From assembly GCA_964397725.1 (NCBI GenBank), contig CAYNKB010000015.1, positions 1-13,556 on the forward strand: DNA of 13,556 nt. The letters run 5' to 3'. This stretch comes from Candidatus Woesearchaeota archaeon. Lineage in GTDB: Archaea; Nanobdellota; Nanobdellia; Pacearchaeales; GW2011-AR1. The notes beneath the pieces are model-generated. The model saw only the letters and a list, made by a program, of their open reading frames with translations, searched no databases and was not told the DNA's origin. A program made the position numbers and the translations under genes. Below, one piece after another: positions 1 through 6,645 of this stretch; within the stretch, counting starts at the first letter, position 1, and every line of letters begins with the position of its first letter.

Positions 1-40
1 TAGAGAAGCAACTAGAGAGAACTGTGTTGTAAATTAAGAA

Positions 41-538
41 TCATGCAACACAGTTTGCCAAGAGAAAAATTGTTAAAGACAGAAGAAACTCTTTTTCTGA
101 GAATATCAGATATAGAGAAATAAAGATTAACAAATAGGGAATGAGAAATTGAATTTTTACAACTACTGAAGGTAGGATGAATATGAAAATTGGAGTTGAA
201 ATTAAAATAATAGGGATTGCAGCTAAGGAGCCCCAAAGAGTTATCATGACAGCTTCGTGGCCGCGGCCTTCTAAGAGCAATTGATGTCCAGGGAGAACTG
301 AAAGGAAAGAATCTTCTTCGGGAGCGCCAAGAAATATTGAAGGTATGAAGTCAAGGAAAGTGTGGGTAATTGCCATAGAGACGATGAAGATAATGAGGAT
401 GAGGGGTTGGATTTGGGAGGAAAGAATGGAGGCAGTTAGAATTGTTGTTATAAGATTTATATGAATTCCTGGGAAGAGGCCGGTGAAGGTGCCGAAGAAA
501 ATGCCTATGAATAGTGCTAAAATAATCTCTATTAGCAT
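41..538 (-). CDS. TctA/DUF112-family-like integral membrane protein; short (165 aa), possibly truncated or interrupted
   Basis: The product is highly hydrophobic with about 6 predicted TM segments. The N-terminus MLIEIILALFIGIFFGTFTGLFPGIH and the loop LGAPEEDSFLSVLPGHQLL..GRGHEAV resemble archaeal COG1784/DUF112 (TctA-like) proteins as I recall them. The ORF ends at TGA 41-43, but the same frame stays open to the window edge. A TATA-like octamer lies 22 nt upstream of the ATG. Confidence 0.55.
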   Translation of the reverse strand: MLIEIILALFIGIFFGTFTGLFPGIHINLITTILTASILSSQIQPLILIIFIVSMAITHTFLDFIPSIFLGAPEEDSFLSVLPGHQLLLEGRGHEAVMITLWGSLAAIPIILISTPIFIFILPSVVVKIQFLIPYLLIFISLYLIFSEKEFLLSLTIFLLANCVA

Positions 539-627
539 AACAATTTATTATTTATGAGTTTATATATTTTATAATAGAATTTTAATTCAAAACATAACTT
601 TTTAAGCTTTTAAAGTATTGTTTAATA

Positions 628-1086
628 ATGGGGAAGTTGCTAATTTCCGTGGTAATAATTCTTGTGCTTAGTATTTTTTGGGTCGGTTCTGCTGAATATG
701 CTTATTACCAAAAAATTAATTATTACTCCTCTGAGCAAGTTGAACAGATTCATCAAGCAGGAGATATCCTTCCAATTCCCTCTGAATATTATACTTTTAT
801 CAATTTGTCAATATATTTATTTTATATATCTTGCATTATTGTTTTTTTATTAAGTCTTTTTTATATGTTTAAAAACTCTGATTCAAAGGGCTATTTTAAA
901 AGTTTGATTATCCCAGTTTGTTTTATTCTTTTTTCCTTTATCGGGGCAACTATTTTATCTCAAAACACTTCGATATTTTCTGGAGAGGGCGGACTTAAAG
1001 CTGTTATACCTTTTTTCATTCTTTTAGGATTATTAATCTTGACTGGCATAGCTAATTTATTTATTTATTTAGTAAGAAGGCATTAG
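628..1086 (+). CDS. hypothetical multi-pass membrane protein (152 aa)
   Basis: ATG-to-TAG ORF with about 4 hydrophobic helices (LLISVVIILVLSIFWVG, IYLFYISCIIVFLLSLFY, LIIPVCFILFSFIGATIL, VIPFFILLGLLILTGIANLFIYL). TTTTTAAG lies 21 nt upstream of the ATG and a T6 run follows the stop. I recognise no family. Confidence 0.6.
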   Translation: MGKLLISVVIILVLSIFWVGSAEYAYYQKINYYSSEQVEQIHQAGDILPIPSEYYTFINLSIYLFYISCIIVFLLSLFYMFKNSDSKGYFKSLIIPVCFILFSFIGATILSQNTSIFSGEGGLKAVIPFFILLGLLILTGIANLFIYLVRRH

Positions 1087-1103
1087 AATAAAATCAGTTC
1101 TTA

Positions 1104-1109
1104 TTTTTT
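1104..1109 (+). terminator. T6 tract after the 628-1086 gene
   Basis: The sequence ttaTTTTTTa lies 18 nt after the TAG stop. Confidence 0.25.
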
Positions 1110-1215
1110 AGCGTATGTAAATCACTTTTTGGCTTCTTGCCGCTTGAAAATGTTGGAGATATTGAATTTTAAAAAGACTGCTGAGAGTTTAAGAGTTGTT
1201 GAATCAATGAAATTG

Positions 1216-1223
1216 TTTATAAA
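1216..1223 (+). promoter_or_regulatory. TATA box (TTTATAAA) for the 1245 Cys-rich/PepSY gene
   Basis: It lies 21 nt upstream of ATG 1245. Confidence 0.4.
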
Positions 1224-1244
1224 TATGGTTTTGTTAGTGGAAAT

Positions 1245-1976
1245 ATGAAAAACAAAGTTTTGTTAATTATTGGTATTTTTCTTGTTATTTTTGGGTTGAC
1301 AGTTGTTTATGCTAAAAGTTATTCAACTTTGCAGGAATATGAGAATTCAATCGATTATTCTTGCCAAGTAGACAGCGATTGTGTTATTAAAGATGTTTCT
1401 AATTGTTGCGGGCACTATCCAAAGTGCACTAATATTAATGCTTTTGTTGATGCAACTTTTGTAAGCAGTGCATGTGAAAAGGAAAATTTGGTAAGTATTT
1501 GCGGATTTCCTTCTGTTGATTTTTGCAAATGTGAAAATAATAAGTGTAAAGGAAATGGAGAGATAGCTATTCCTATTTGTGGAAATGGAATTTGTGAAGA
1601 AGGCGAAGCTAACGACCCTGGAGGTTGCGGCCCAAATGCAGATCCCAGTTGTCTCGGACCTCCAGCAAGACAAGGAACCTGCCCTCAAGATTGTGATAAT
1701 AAAACATTACCTGATAAGAATAAAACTAAAATTCTTCCTGAAGTTGCTAGCTTAAGGGCTAGGGAGAGATTAGGAGAATTAAACTTCACAATACAATTAA
1801 AAGAAGTTGGAAAAGGCAATGATGCTAGATTTGTTTATGAGTTGACAGGAAACAAAGAAGGGAAATTTTTAGGAATATTTAAGATTATGGCAAGGGTTCA
1901 AGCACAGGTTGATGCAGAGAGTGGAGATATCAAAGTCATTAAACCATGGTGGAGTTTTTTAGCGAGTGGGATTTAA
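1245..1976 (+). CDS. secreted cysteine-rich protein: signal peptide, 10-Cys module, CGNGICE...CPQDC module, PepSY-like C-terminal domain
   Basis: The N-terminus MKNKVLLIIGIFLVIFGLTVVYA|K looks like a signal peptide. There are 16 Cys in residues 40-150. The motif ICGNGICEEGE...GTCPQDC is of the CG(D/N)GxCE...CPxDC type common in exported proteins. The C-terminal stretch ARERLGELNFTIQLKEVGKG..FVYELTG....VQAQVDAESGDIKVI has the PepSY-like pattern (..vYev....v.vDa.tG.i). TTTATAAA lies 21 nt upstream of the ATG. Confidence 0.7.
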   Translation: MKNKVLLIIGIFLVIFGLTVVYAKSYSTLQEYENSIDYSCQVDSDCVIKDVSNCCGHYPKCTNINAFVDATFVSSACEKENLVSICGFPSVDFCKCENNKCKGNGEIAIPICGNGICEEGEANDPGGCGPNADPSCLGPPARQGTCPQDCDNKTLPDKNKTKILPEVASLRARERLGELNFTIQLKEVGKGNDARFVYELTGNKEGKFLGIFKIMARVQAQVDAESGDIKVIKPWWSFLASGI

Positions 1977-2092
1977 TGTTTGAGGGCTGGTAAACGTGCA
2001 TGCTAAAATACCGATGAAGAGGGAGGTTAGGAGTTTTATTATCATAAAATTATAGGGATATATTTATTAAAGATGTTTTGTTATTTCTAGAT

Positions 2093-2449
2093 GTGAAGAA
2101 ACTAACTATCTTATTAATTCTCTTAGCTATTGTAATTCTTTTAGCTGGAGTTTGGCTTTATTTTATATGGCTGTGTAGCTATCCAGATGCTTGTGGTTAC
2201 TGGAATTTCGATAATAACTTTCAACCTCCAAATGTTACCCAAAGTTCAATTATTTGTCAGATAGATAATGAATGTATTTTTAAGGATAAACCTTACTGCT
2301 GTGGAAATAATGTAGAGTATTATAAAGGGTGTTATGGCTTAAATGAGGAGCCTGCAGAATTGAACTGTGAGGGTTATGGTTCTTGCCCTCAAATTTCAGA
2401 GTCTGCCAAATGCGTCTGCATAGATAGTAAGTGTACAGGCAGCAATTGA
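2093..2449 (+). CDS. small membrane-anchored cysteine-rich protein; paralogous 10-Cys module
   Basis: The ORF is open from TTG 2078. I prefer the in-frame GTG at 2093 (MKKLTILLILLAIVILLAGVW...) because TTTATTAA at 2063-2070 sits 22 nt upstream of it. The product has an N-terminal hydrophobic anchor, then a domain with the same cysteine framework as residues 40-101 of the 1245-1976 product. A TGA stop is followed by TTTTTATTTTTT. Confidence 0.65.
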   Translation: MKKLTILLILLAIVILLAGVWLYFIWLCSYPDACGYWNFDNNFQPPNVTQSSIICQIDNECIFKDKPYCCGNNVEYYKGCYGLNEEPAELNCEGYGSCPQISESAKCVCIDSKCTGSN

Positions 2450-2484
2450 TTCAGTAAATACTGCATGAGATAGTTGGTATCATC

Positions 2485-2496
2485 TTTTTATTTTTT
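2485..2496 (+). terminator. oligo-T tract (TTTTTATTTTTT), candidate archaeal intrinsic terminator after the 2093-2449 gene
   Basis: T5-A-T6 lies 36 nt after the stop codon. Archaeal RNAP terminates at T-runs. Confidence 0.3.
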
Positions 2497-2562
2497 GCAT
2501 ATTTTGGGAATTGGCAAGCCTAATACTATAAGCTTAAAAACAACAATTAATTAAATTTATTG

Positions 2563-3474
2563 ATGGATGAGGGGAATATAAAAAGAGGATTTAACGTTTA
2601 TTTGTATTACTTGGTGTTTCCTGCTCTTTTGGTTTTTTTCCTGATTAATTATTATAATGTGACTTTTAAGATAGAAACTTTAGACATAAATTTGATGATT
2701 TCTGTTGTTACTTTCTTATTTGGCTTTTTGATATCCATTTCTTTTGGGATGATTTTAAGCAGAGTTGGAGCTTTAAAGGAATCTTTGGCTGGGGAGACTG
2801 GAAGACTTGTTAGTCTTTATTTATTGTCTGAGAATTTGGGGAGCAAGTTTAGAGAGAAAATAGCTTCGAGAATAGACTCTTATACAATAAACACATTAAG
2901 AGATTATACTAATTATAATGTGGGAAGAGAAGCTGTTTATGGTATGTATGATGATATTAAATATATGGAGATAAAGGGCGAATCCCAGGAGGCTTCTGCA
3001 AATTCTTTTCTTTATATTCTTGGAGAGTTTGAGCCTTTAAGGGAAAGATTAGAATATTTGACTTCTGGAAAACTTTTGTGGGCTACAAAATTGGCTAATT
3101 ATATTCTTGCATTTTTGCTTATCGGCTTGTTATTTTTGAACAGGGGAGATACATTCACAAATGCCTTGTTTATTATTTTATCAACCACTATTGTGTTTAT
3201 TCTCTTGATTATTGAGGATTATGAAGACTTAAGGATAGGAGACTATATTGTCAATATAAGCAATTCGGAACAATTATTTGACTTAATAGGAAGAGACAGA
3301 TATTATCCCCAAGCTATTTTATCAAGAGTTAAATTGGAGAAAGGAAGAATTTATAGAATCGGGTTTTATGATAAAAAGGCAAAGCAGGAAAAAATTGTTG
3401 ACATAAAATATTCTCCTAATTTCAATTCCAAGATAAACTTTCTTAGAAGAAAAATGGGATATGGTAAAGATTAG
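2563..3474 (+). CDS. hypothetical 4-TM membrane protein with soluble insert and C-terminal tail (possibly DUF4239-like)
   Basis: I prefer the ATG at 2563 (the track begins at TTG 2560). The topology is two N-terminal TM helices, a helical soluble segment of about 100 aa, two more TM helices ending in ...LLIIEDYEDLRIGDYIV, then a basic tail of about 90 aa. This layout resembles DUF4239 proteins from memory only. CTTAAAAA lies 22 nt upstream of the ATG. Confidence 0.6.
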   Translation: MDEGNIKRGFNVYLYYLVFPALLVFFLINYYNVTFKIETLDINLMISVVTFLFGFLISISFGMILSRVGALKESLAGETGRLVSLYLLSENLGSKFREKIASRIDSYTINTLRDYTNYNVGREAVYGMYDDIKYMEIKGESQEASANSFLYILGEFEPLRERLEYLTSGKLLWATKLANYILAFLLIGLLFLNRGDTFTNALFIILSTTIVFILLIIEDYEDLRIGDYIVNISNSEQLFDLIGRDRYYPQAILSRVKLEKGRIYRIGFYDKKAKQEKIVDIKYSPNFNSKINFLRRKMGYGKD

Positions 3475-3628
3475 AAAATGTCTAAGTTATAACCAAATAG
3501 ATATAAATCTTTAACCCTATATACCATTATTATTAATTAAATTGTTCTTAGTAATCTGTTTTAAAGTTGGTAGAAAGTAGGTTTATTGGAATACATAGGA
3601 CTTGAGATAGCGACTTGAAAAAGTTAGA

Positions 3629-3636
3629 TTTATATA
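3629..3636 (+). promoter_or_regulatory. TATA box (TTTATATA) for the large Cys-rich gene
   Basis: It lies 21 nt upstream of ATG 3658, which is identical spacing to the 1245 and 12265 promoters. Confidence 0.4.
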
Positions 3637-3657
3637 GTTTTGATTTTTTTAATAGGG

Positions 3658-5730
3658 ATGAGAAGAGGGCTGGTGTTTGTATTTATTGTTTTAGTTTTAA
3701 TAAGTGTTTTGTCTTTTGGAGTTTATGCTATTGATGAGGATGCTGATGGTTTTGATAGCGATTCTGATTGTGATGACAGCAATCCAAATATTTATTCTGG
3801 AGCTGTAGAGGTGCCTGACAATGGTATTGATGATAATTGTAATTCGGTTATTGATGAATTAAGTGACGATGAAAATTTAGATAATACAGATGTTCCACAA
3901 GATGAATTTTCTGACTCTCAACTCGAAGTGGGGGCAGGCATTACTCCAGACAGCGGATTTTATTTCGTAGAGGATTCAATATTAAGCAAATTCAGAAGTG
4001 ACTTAGATAATAGGGAGAAGAAAATTGCAGAAGTAAAAGAGATGATTAAGGCGGGGGATGTAGATTCGGCCAGAAAATCTCTTGAGAGGTATAAAGGATA
4101 TGCTGATGAGCTTGAAAAAGAGGCTGATCCAGAAAAAAGAGATGAAGCAAGAAGGAGCGCGTCTGCAATAAGGAACGCAATTAGGGAGATAGAAAGCGAG
4201 ATTCCTGAGGAGAACAGGGAGGAATTTGTCGATGATATTATAGACAGGGAAGGGAGGATAGTTACGGCTGTTGAAATTGCAGGAAAGATAAAAGAATTAT
4301 GCAAGCAGCTCTCAGGTCTTGATCCAAACGAGTATGCGCGAGTTTGCAGTACTGGAGATGATGCTCCAAGTTGGCAGAAGAAATTAGACAAGGATTTGAC
4401 TAATGAACAGAGGGAAGAGGCAAAGAAATTTGGGGATGTAATGTCTGAATGTTTTAAAACTGCTGGACAGCAGTGTAGATGTGATGAAATTCCATATCCA
4501 GAGTTTGCGAATGCTTGTTCTGCTGCAGCTCCATTAGCCACAGCTTGCGAGATTAATGGGGATGAGGATGCATGCGAGAAGTTAGATAGTTTGGAAATGC
4601 CAGAATTGCCAGATCATTTACAGGATATATTTGAGAGCTTAGAGGGAGATATTTCTGAAGCGCAGTTTGGTTTGCATATGCCTCGAGAATGCGAGGAGGC
4701 TGGAGCAACAAGTCCTAAAGAGTGCGCCAAGGTTATGATACAGACTAATGCTCCTGAAGAATGCAAGGAGGAATTGCTTTCGAGAAATATACAGAATGAG
4801 AGAGAAGCAAGGGAAATTTGTGAAGAAATTATGTTTAAACTAAATGCTCCGGAAGAGTGTGTCAGCGCTGGACTGAAAGATCCTAAAGAGTGCGGGAGAT
4901 TGATGTTTAGAGCAAATGCGCCACAGGAGTGCATTGATGCCGGCTTGACTGGGGAGAATAGGAATGATCATAAAAAGTGTGAGGAGATTATGGATGGCTT
5001 AGAAGGTGAGGGAAGAGGAGGTCCTGGGCCTAGAGGGTTTGGAGGGAACTGCAGAGAGATTCAAAATCCAGAAGAGAGATTGAAATGTTATGATGGCGTT
5101 TTGGAAGGGGCTGGGGAATTTAGAGGTGATTTTGAGAAAAGATTTTCAGGAAATAGAGAGATTGAAATGCAATGCGCTAATAAATGCCGTGCTGAGAATA
5201 AGGCATGGGACTTTTCAGGAGGAAGTTGTGTGTGTAGAGAGGGACAGAGAATTGAGGAGAGAAGCGACTTTGGGGATAAATCTCCATTTGATTGTGCTGT
5301 AATGTTTTGTGTTGAAGGCACAGTTTGTAGTTCTCGTTATGGATGTATTTCTCCTGAGCAAAGGAAAGCAGAACTCGAAGGAAATTCTAATGAGTATGAG
5401 TATAATGAATATCCTCCGGGACCTGGAGATCCGGGATATGTAGACAATACTGCAAAGTATGATTGCTCGAAGCTGGACTGCGGGCCTTCGCCTAATTATT
5501 GTGATCCTTGGGGAGGCTGTCAAAAGGGAGAAGGCGGTTTTAATCCTGATGGATCTAGCTGTGACGAGGGATATGAATGGGACGGCTCAAAATGCATTCC
5601 ATTTGGCACGGGGAATTATAATTTTGATGAGCCAAGTGAACCAGAGCCAACACCTTCCTCAGATGGGGGAATAACTGGCGGAGTTATTTTTAATGAGGAT
5701 AACGGATTTTTGGATTATTATTTCAAGTAA
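3658..5730 (+). CDS. large secreted acidic cysteine-rich protein (about 690 aa) with metal-binding-type N-terminal motif, helical DUF5667-like region, internal Cys repeats and EGF-like C-terminal Cys knots
   Basis: I prefer the ATG at 3658 (MRRGLVFVFIVLVLISVLSFGVYA|IDED, signal-peptide-like) because TTTATATA at 3629-3636 lies 21 nt upstream. The TTG at 3640 would fall inside that promoter. I count 34 Cys. DADGFDSDSDCDDSNPNIYSGAVEVPDNGIDDNCN matches the DxDGxxxxxDCDDxNxxxxPGAxExxDGxDNDC putative metal-binding motif. GITPDSGFYFVED plus a long E/K/R-rich helix resembles DUF5667. The gene ends at TAA followed directly by T6. Confidence 0.8.
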   Translation: MRRGLVFVFIVLVLISVLSFGVYAIDEDADGFDSDSDCDDSNPNIYSGAVEVPDNGIDDNCNSVIDELSDDENLDNTDVPQDEFSDSQLEVGAGITPDSGFYFVEDSILSKFRSDLDNREKKIAEVKEMIKAGDVDSARKSLERYKGYADELEKEADPEKRDEARRSASAIRNAIREIESEIPEENREEFVDDIIDREGRIVTAVEIAGKIKELCKQLSGLDPNEYARVCSTGDDAPSWQKKLDKDLTNEQREEAKKFGDVMSECFKTAGQQCRCDEIPYPEFANACSAAAPLATACEINGDEDACEKLDSLEMPELPDHLQDIFESLEGDISEAQFGLHMPRECEEAGATSPKECAKVMIQTNAPEECKEELLSRNIQNEREAREICEEIMFKLNAPEECVSAGLKDPKECGRLMFRANAPQECIDAGLTGENRNDHKKCEEIMDGLEGEGRGGPGPRGFGGNCREIQNPEERLKCYDGVLEGAGEFRGDFEKRFSGNREIEMQCANKCRAENKAWDFSGGSCVCREGQRIEERSDFGDKSPFDCAVMFCVEGTVCSSRYGCISPEQRKAELEGNSNEYEYNEYPPGPGDPGYVDNTAKYDCSKLDCGPSPNYCDPWGGCQKGEGGFNPDGSSCDEGYEWDGSKCIPFGTGNYNFDEPSEPEPTPSSDGGITGGVIFNEDNGFLDYYFK
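4687..4932 (+). repeat. intragenic tandem-type protein repeats EC-x2-AG-x3-PKEC-x3-M-x3-NAP(E/Q)EC inside the large Cys-rich gene
   Basis: There are two full 26-aa units: ECEEAGATSPKECAKVMIQTNAPEEC (from 4687) and ECVSAGLKDPKECGRLMFRANAPQEC (from 4855). A half unit ICEEIMFKLNAPEEC lies between them and KKCEEIMDG follows. At the DNA level the 13-mer cctaaagagtgcg occurs in both full units (4714 and 4882). Confidence 0.75.
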
Positions 5731-5736
5731 TTTTTT
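5731..5736 (+). terminator. T6 tract immediately after the stop of the large Cys-rich gene
   Basis: The sequence reads TAA followed directly by TTTTTT. It sits in the 42-bp convergent spacer to thpR. Confidence 0.3.
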
Positions 5737-5772
5737 AATTAGTCGTTGTTAGAAAAATATTCTTATATTAAT

Positions 5773-6318
5773 TTATTTCAACTTATATTCTTCTATCAAG
5801 GAATAGTTTGGCCCGAGGGGCTTCAAGTCGGAGGAAATTAGTTTAAATGAGGAGACTTGAAACTTCAGCTTTTTCGGCTTGATTTGATTTATATATTTAA
5901 TAAAGTTGGGAGGGGATTTTACATATTTTATTCTTGCAAGAGTTAAGTGAGACATAAATCTCTCTTCCTTTTGAAATAATGGCGAAAGAGTTTCATCAAT
6001 CTGCTTTTGCAGGTCAAAAAGAGGTTTTGAAGATATTTTCATCCAAGTTATTCTTGGTTTTTTGTGGTGGGAGAAAGTTCCTGTATGCTGTAATGAGGTT
6101 TCAAAAGGATTAAATTTTATATTGGATAGGAGGGCTTTTACTTCTTCCAGTTTTTCCGGCGGGATTTCTCCGAGGAACTTAAGAGTTAGATGAAGATTTT
6201 CCGGAGCAGTTAAAGACCCAGTGAATTTTGTTTTGGAAACAAGGCTTTGGATTCTTGTTATTTCTTTTATTATTTCATTCTGGAAAGTTATACAGATAAA
6301 GGCTCTTATGTTTTCCAT
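5773..6318 (-). CDS. thpR: RNA 2',3'-cyclic phosphodiesterase / 2'-5' RNA ligase (2H phosphoesterase, ThpR/LigT family)
   Basis: The 181-aa product carries the two diagnostic H-x-T-x motifs at the expected spacing: NLHLTLKFLGE and MSHLTLARIK. The size is typical of LigT/ThpR. Confidence 0.85.
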   Translation of the reverse strand: MENIRAFICITFQNEIIKEITRIQSLVSKTKFTGSLTAPENLHLTLKFLGEIPPEKLEEVKALLSNIKFNPFETSLQHTGTFSHHKKPRITWMKISSKPLFDLQKQIDETLSPLFQKEERFMSHLTLARIKYVKSPPNFIKYINQIKPKKLKFQVSSFKLISSDLKPLGPNYSLIEEYKLK

Positions 6319-6370
6319 TATTTCGGTTGGGAGAAGAAGTTGTTAAAGTCTTTGTTGGATTTTAAATAAA

Positions 6371-6592
6371 TTAGTTTATTGGAATTTCTTCTGCAATTCT
6401 ATATAATTTGCTTTCTGGCTGTCTATTATCTGTAAACACCCCTCTTAATCTTTCATTTATTAATCTATGACTTTCTCTTTTAGCTTCTGAATTTGTTTCA
6501 CTTTCAAAGATAGAGATTTCTTGCTTATCAATTGGGTTTCCCCCATTGTGGTCTATAGCGGTATAACCTAAAATTAATAAATATCTATCCAT
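6371..6592 (-). CDS. small hypothetical protein (73 aa)
   Basis: Clean ATG-to-TAA ORF on the same strand as its neighbours, fitting the gap exactly. TATTTAAA lies on the minus strand 21 nt upstream of the ATG. I recognise no motif. Confidence 0.45.
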   Translation of the reverse strand: MDRYLLILGYTAIDHNGGNPIDKQEISIFESETNSEAKRESHRLINERLRGVFTDNRQPESKLYRIAEEIPIN

Positions 6593-6613
6593 TTTAAAGT
6601 GTGTTTTGGTTCT

Positions 6614-6621
6614 TTTAAATA
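6614..6621 (-). promoter_or_regulatory. TATA box (TATTTAAA on minus strand) for the 6592 small gene (and possibly thpR downstream)
   Basis: It lies 21 nt upstream of ATG 6592 on the minus strand. Confidence 0.35.
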
Positions 6622-6645
6622 TTTTTGGGGTGTGGGATATATAGT

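Noticed and set aside
41-43. Possible UGA recoding (an alternative genetic code) suggested by the open frame after the TGA of the TctA-like ORF
   Set aside because: TGA terminates other well-delimited genes here (2447-2449 and 10975-10977) at sensible protein ends followed by T-runs or gene boundaries. No conserved protein in the window needs an in-frame TGA to be read through.
12-236. 74-aa minus-strand ORF overlapping the 3' part of the TctA-like gene
   Set aside because: It is an alternative frame of a clearly membrane-protein-coding region. The product is not hydrophobic and has no recognisable features. I considered a frameshifted continuation of the TctA-like gene, but the sequence does not look like TM helices.
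662-853. 63-aa plus-strand ORF nested in the 628-1086 gene; also 1347-1688(-), 7592-7867(+), 7751-8095(-), 8255-8488(-), 12066-12257(+), 13042-13320(+), 13190-13384(+)
   Set aside because: All are embedded in or antisense to ORFs with strong family signatures or coherent TM architecture, and none has its own promoter-like box at the right spacing. I treat them as frame shadows typical of AT-rich DNA.
1087-1244. Searched intergenic regions (1087-1244, 1977-2077, 2450-2559, 3475-3639, 10633-10668) for tRNAs, C/D-box or H/ACA sRNAs and other structured RNAs
   Set aside because: There are no cloverleaf-compatible stems and no canonical RUGAUGA...CUGA box pairs at 50-70 nt spacing. I saw only isolated CTGA or GATGA strings. 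Nothing is supportable without a covariance-model scan (Infernal/tRNAscan-SE).
3960-5523. Long minus-strand ORFs (193, 106, 77 and 102 aa) and plus-strand alternative-frame ORFs (5090-5302, 5459-5674) inside the large Cys-rich gene
   Set aside because: They are shadow ORFs. The sense frame is rich in GAA/GAG/GAT/GCN codons, so the antisense frames rarely hit stops. Their products are low-complexity Ser/Leu/Phe-rich strings with no motifs, no promoter boxes and no independent start context.
3640-5730. Apparently higher G+C content of the large Cys-rich gene as a sign of horizontal transfer
   Set aside because: The difference is explainable by amino-acid composition (Glu, Gly, Ala, Cys, Pro, Asp, Arg rich). 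The gene also uses the same promoter geometry as its neighbours. I did not compute GC or codon statistics, so no claim is made.
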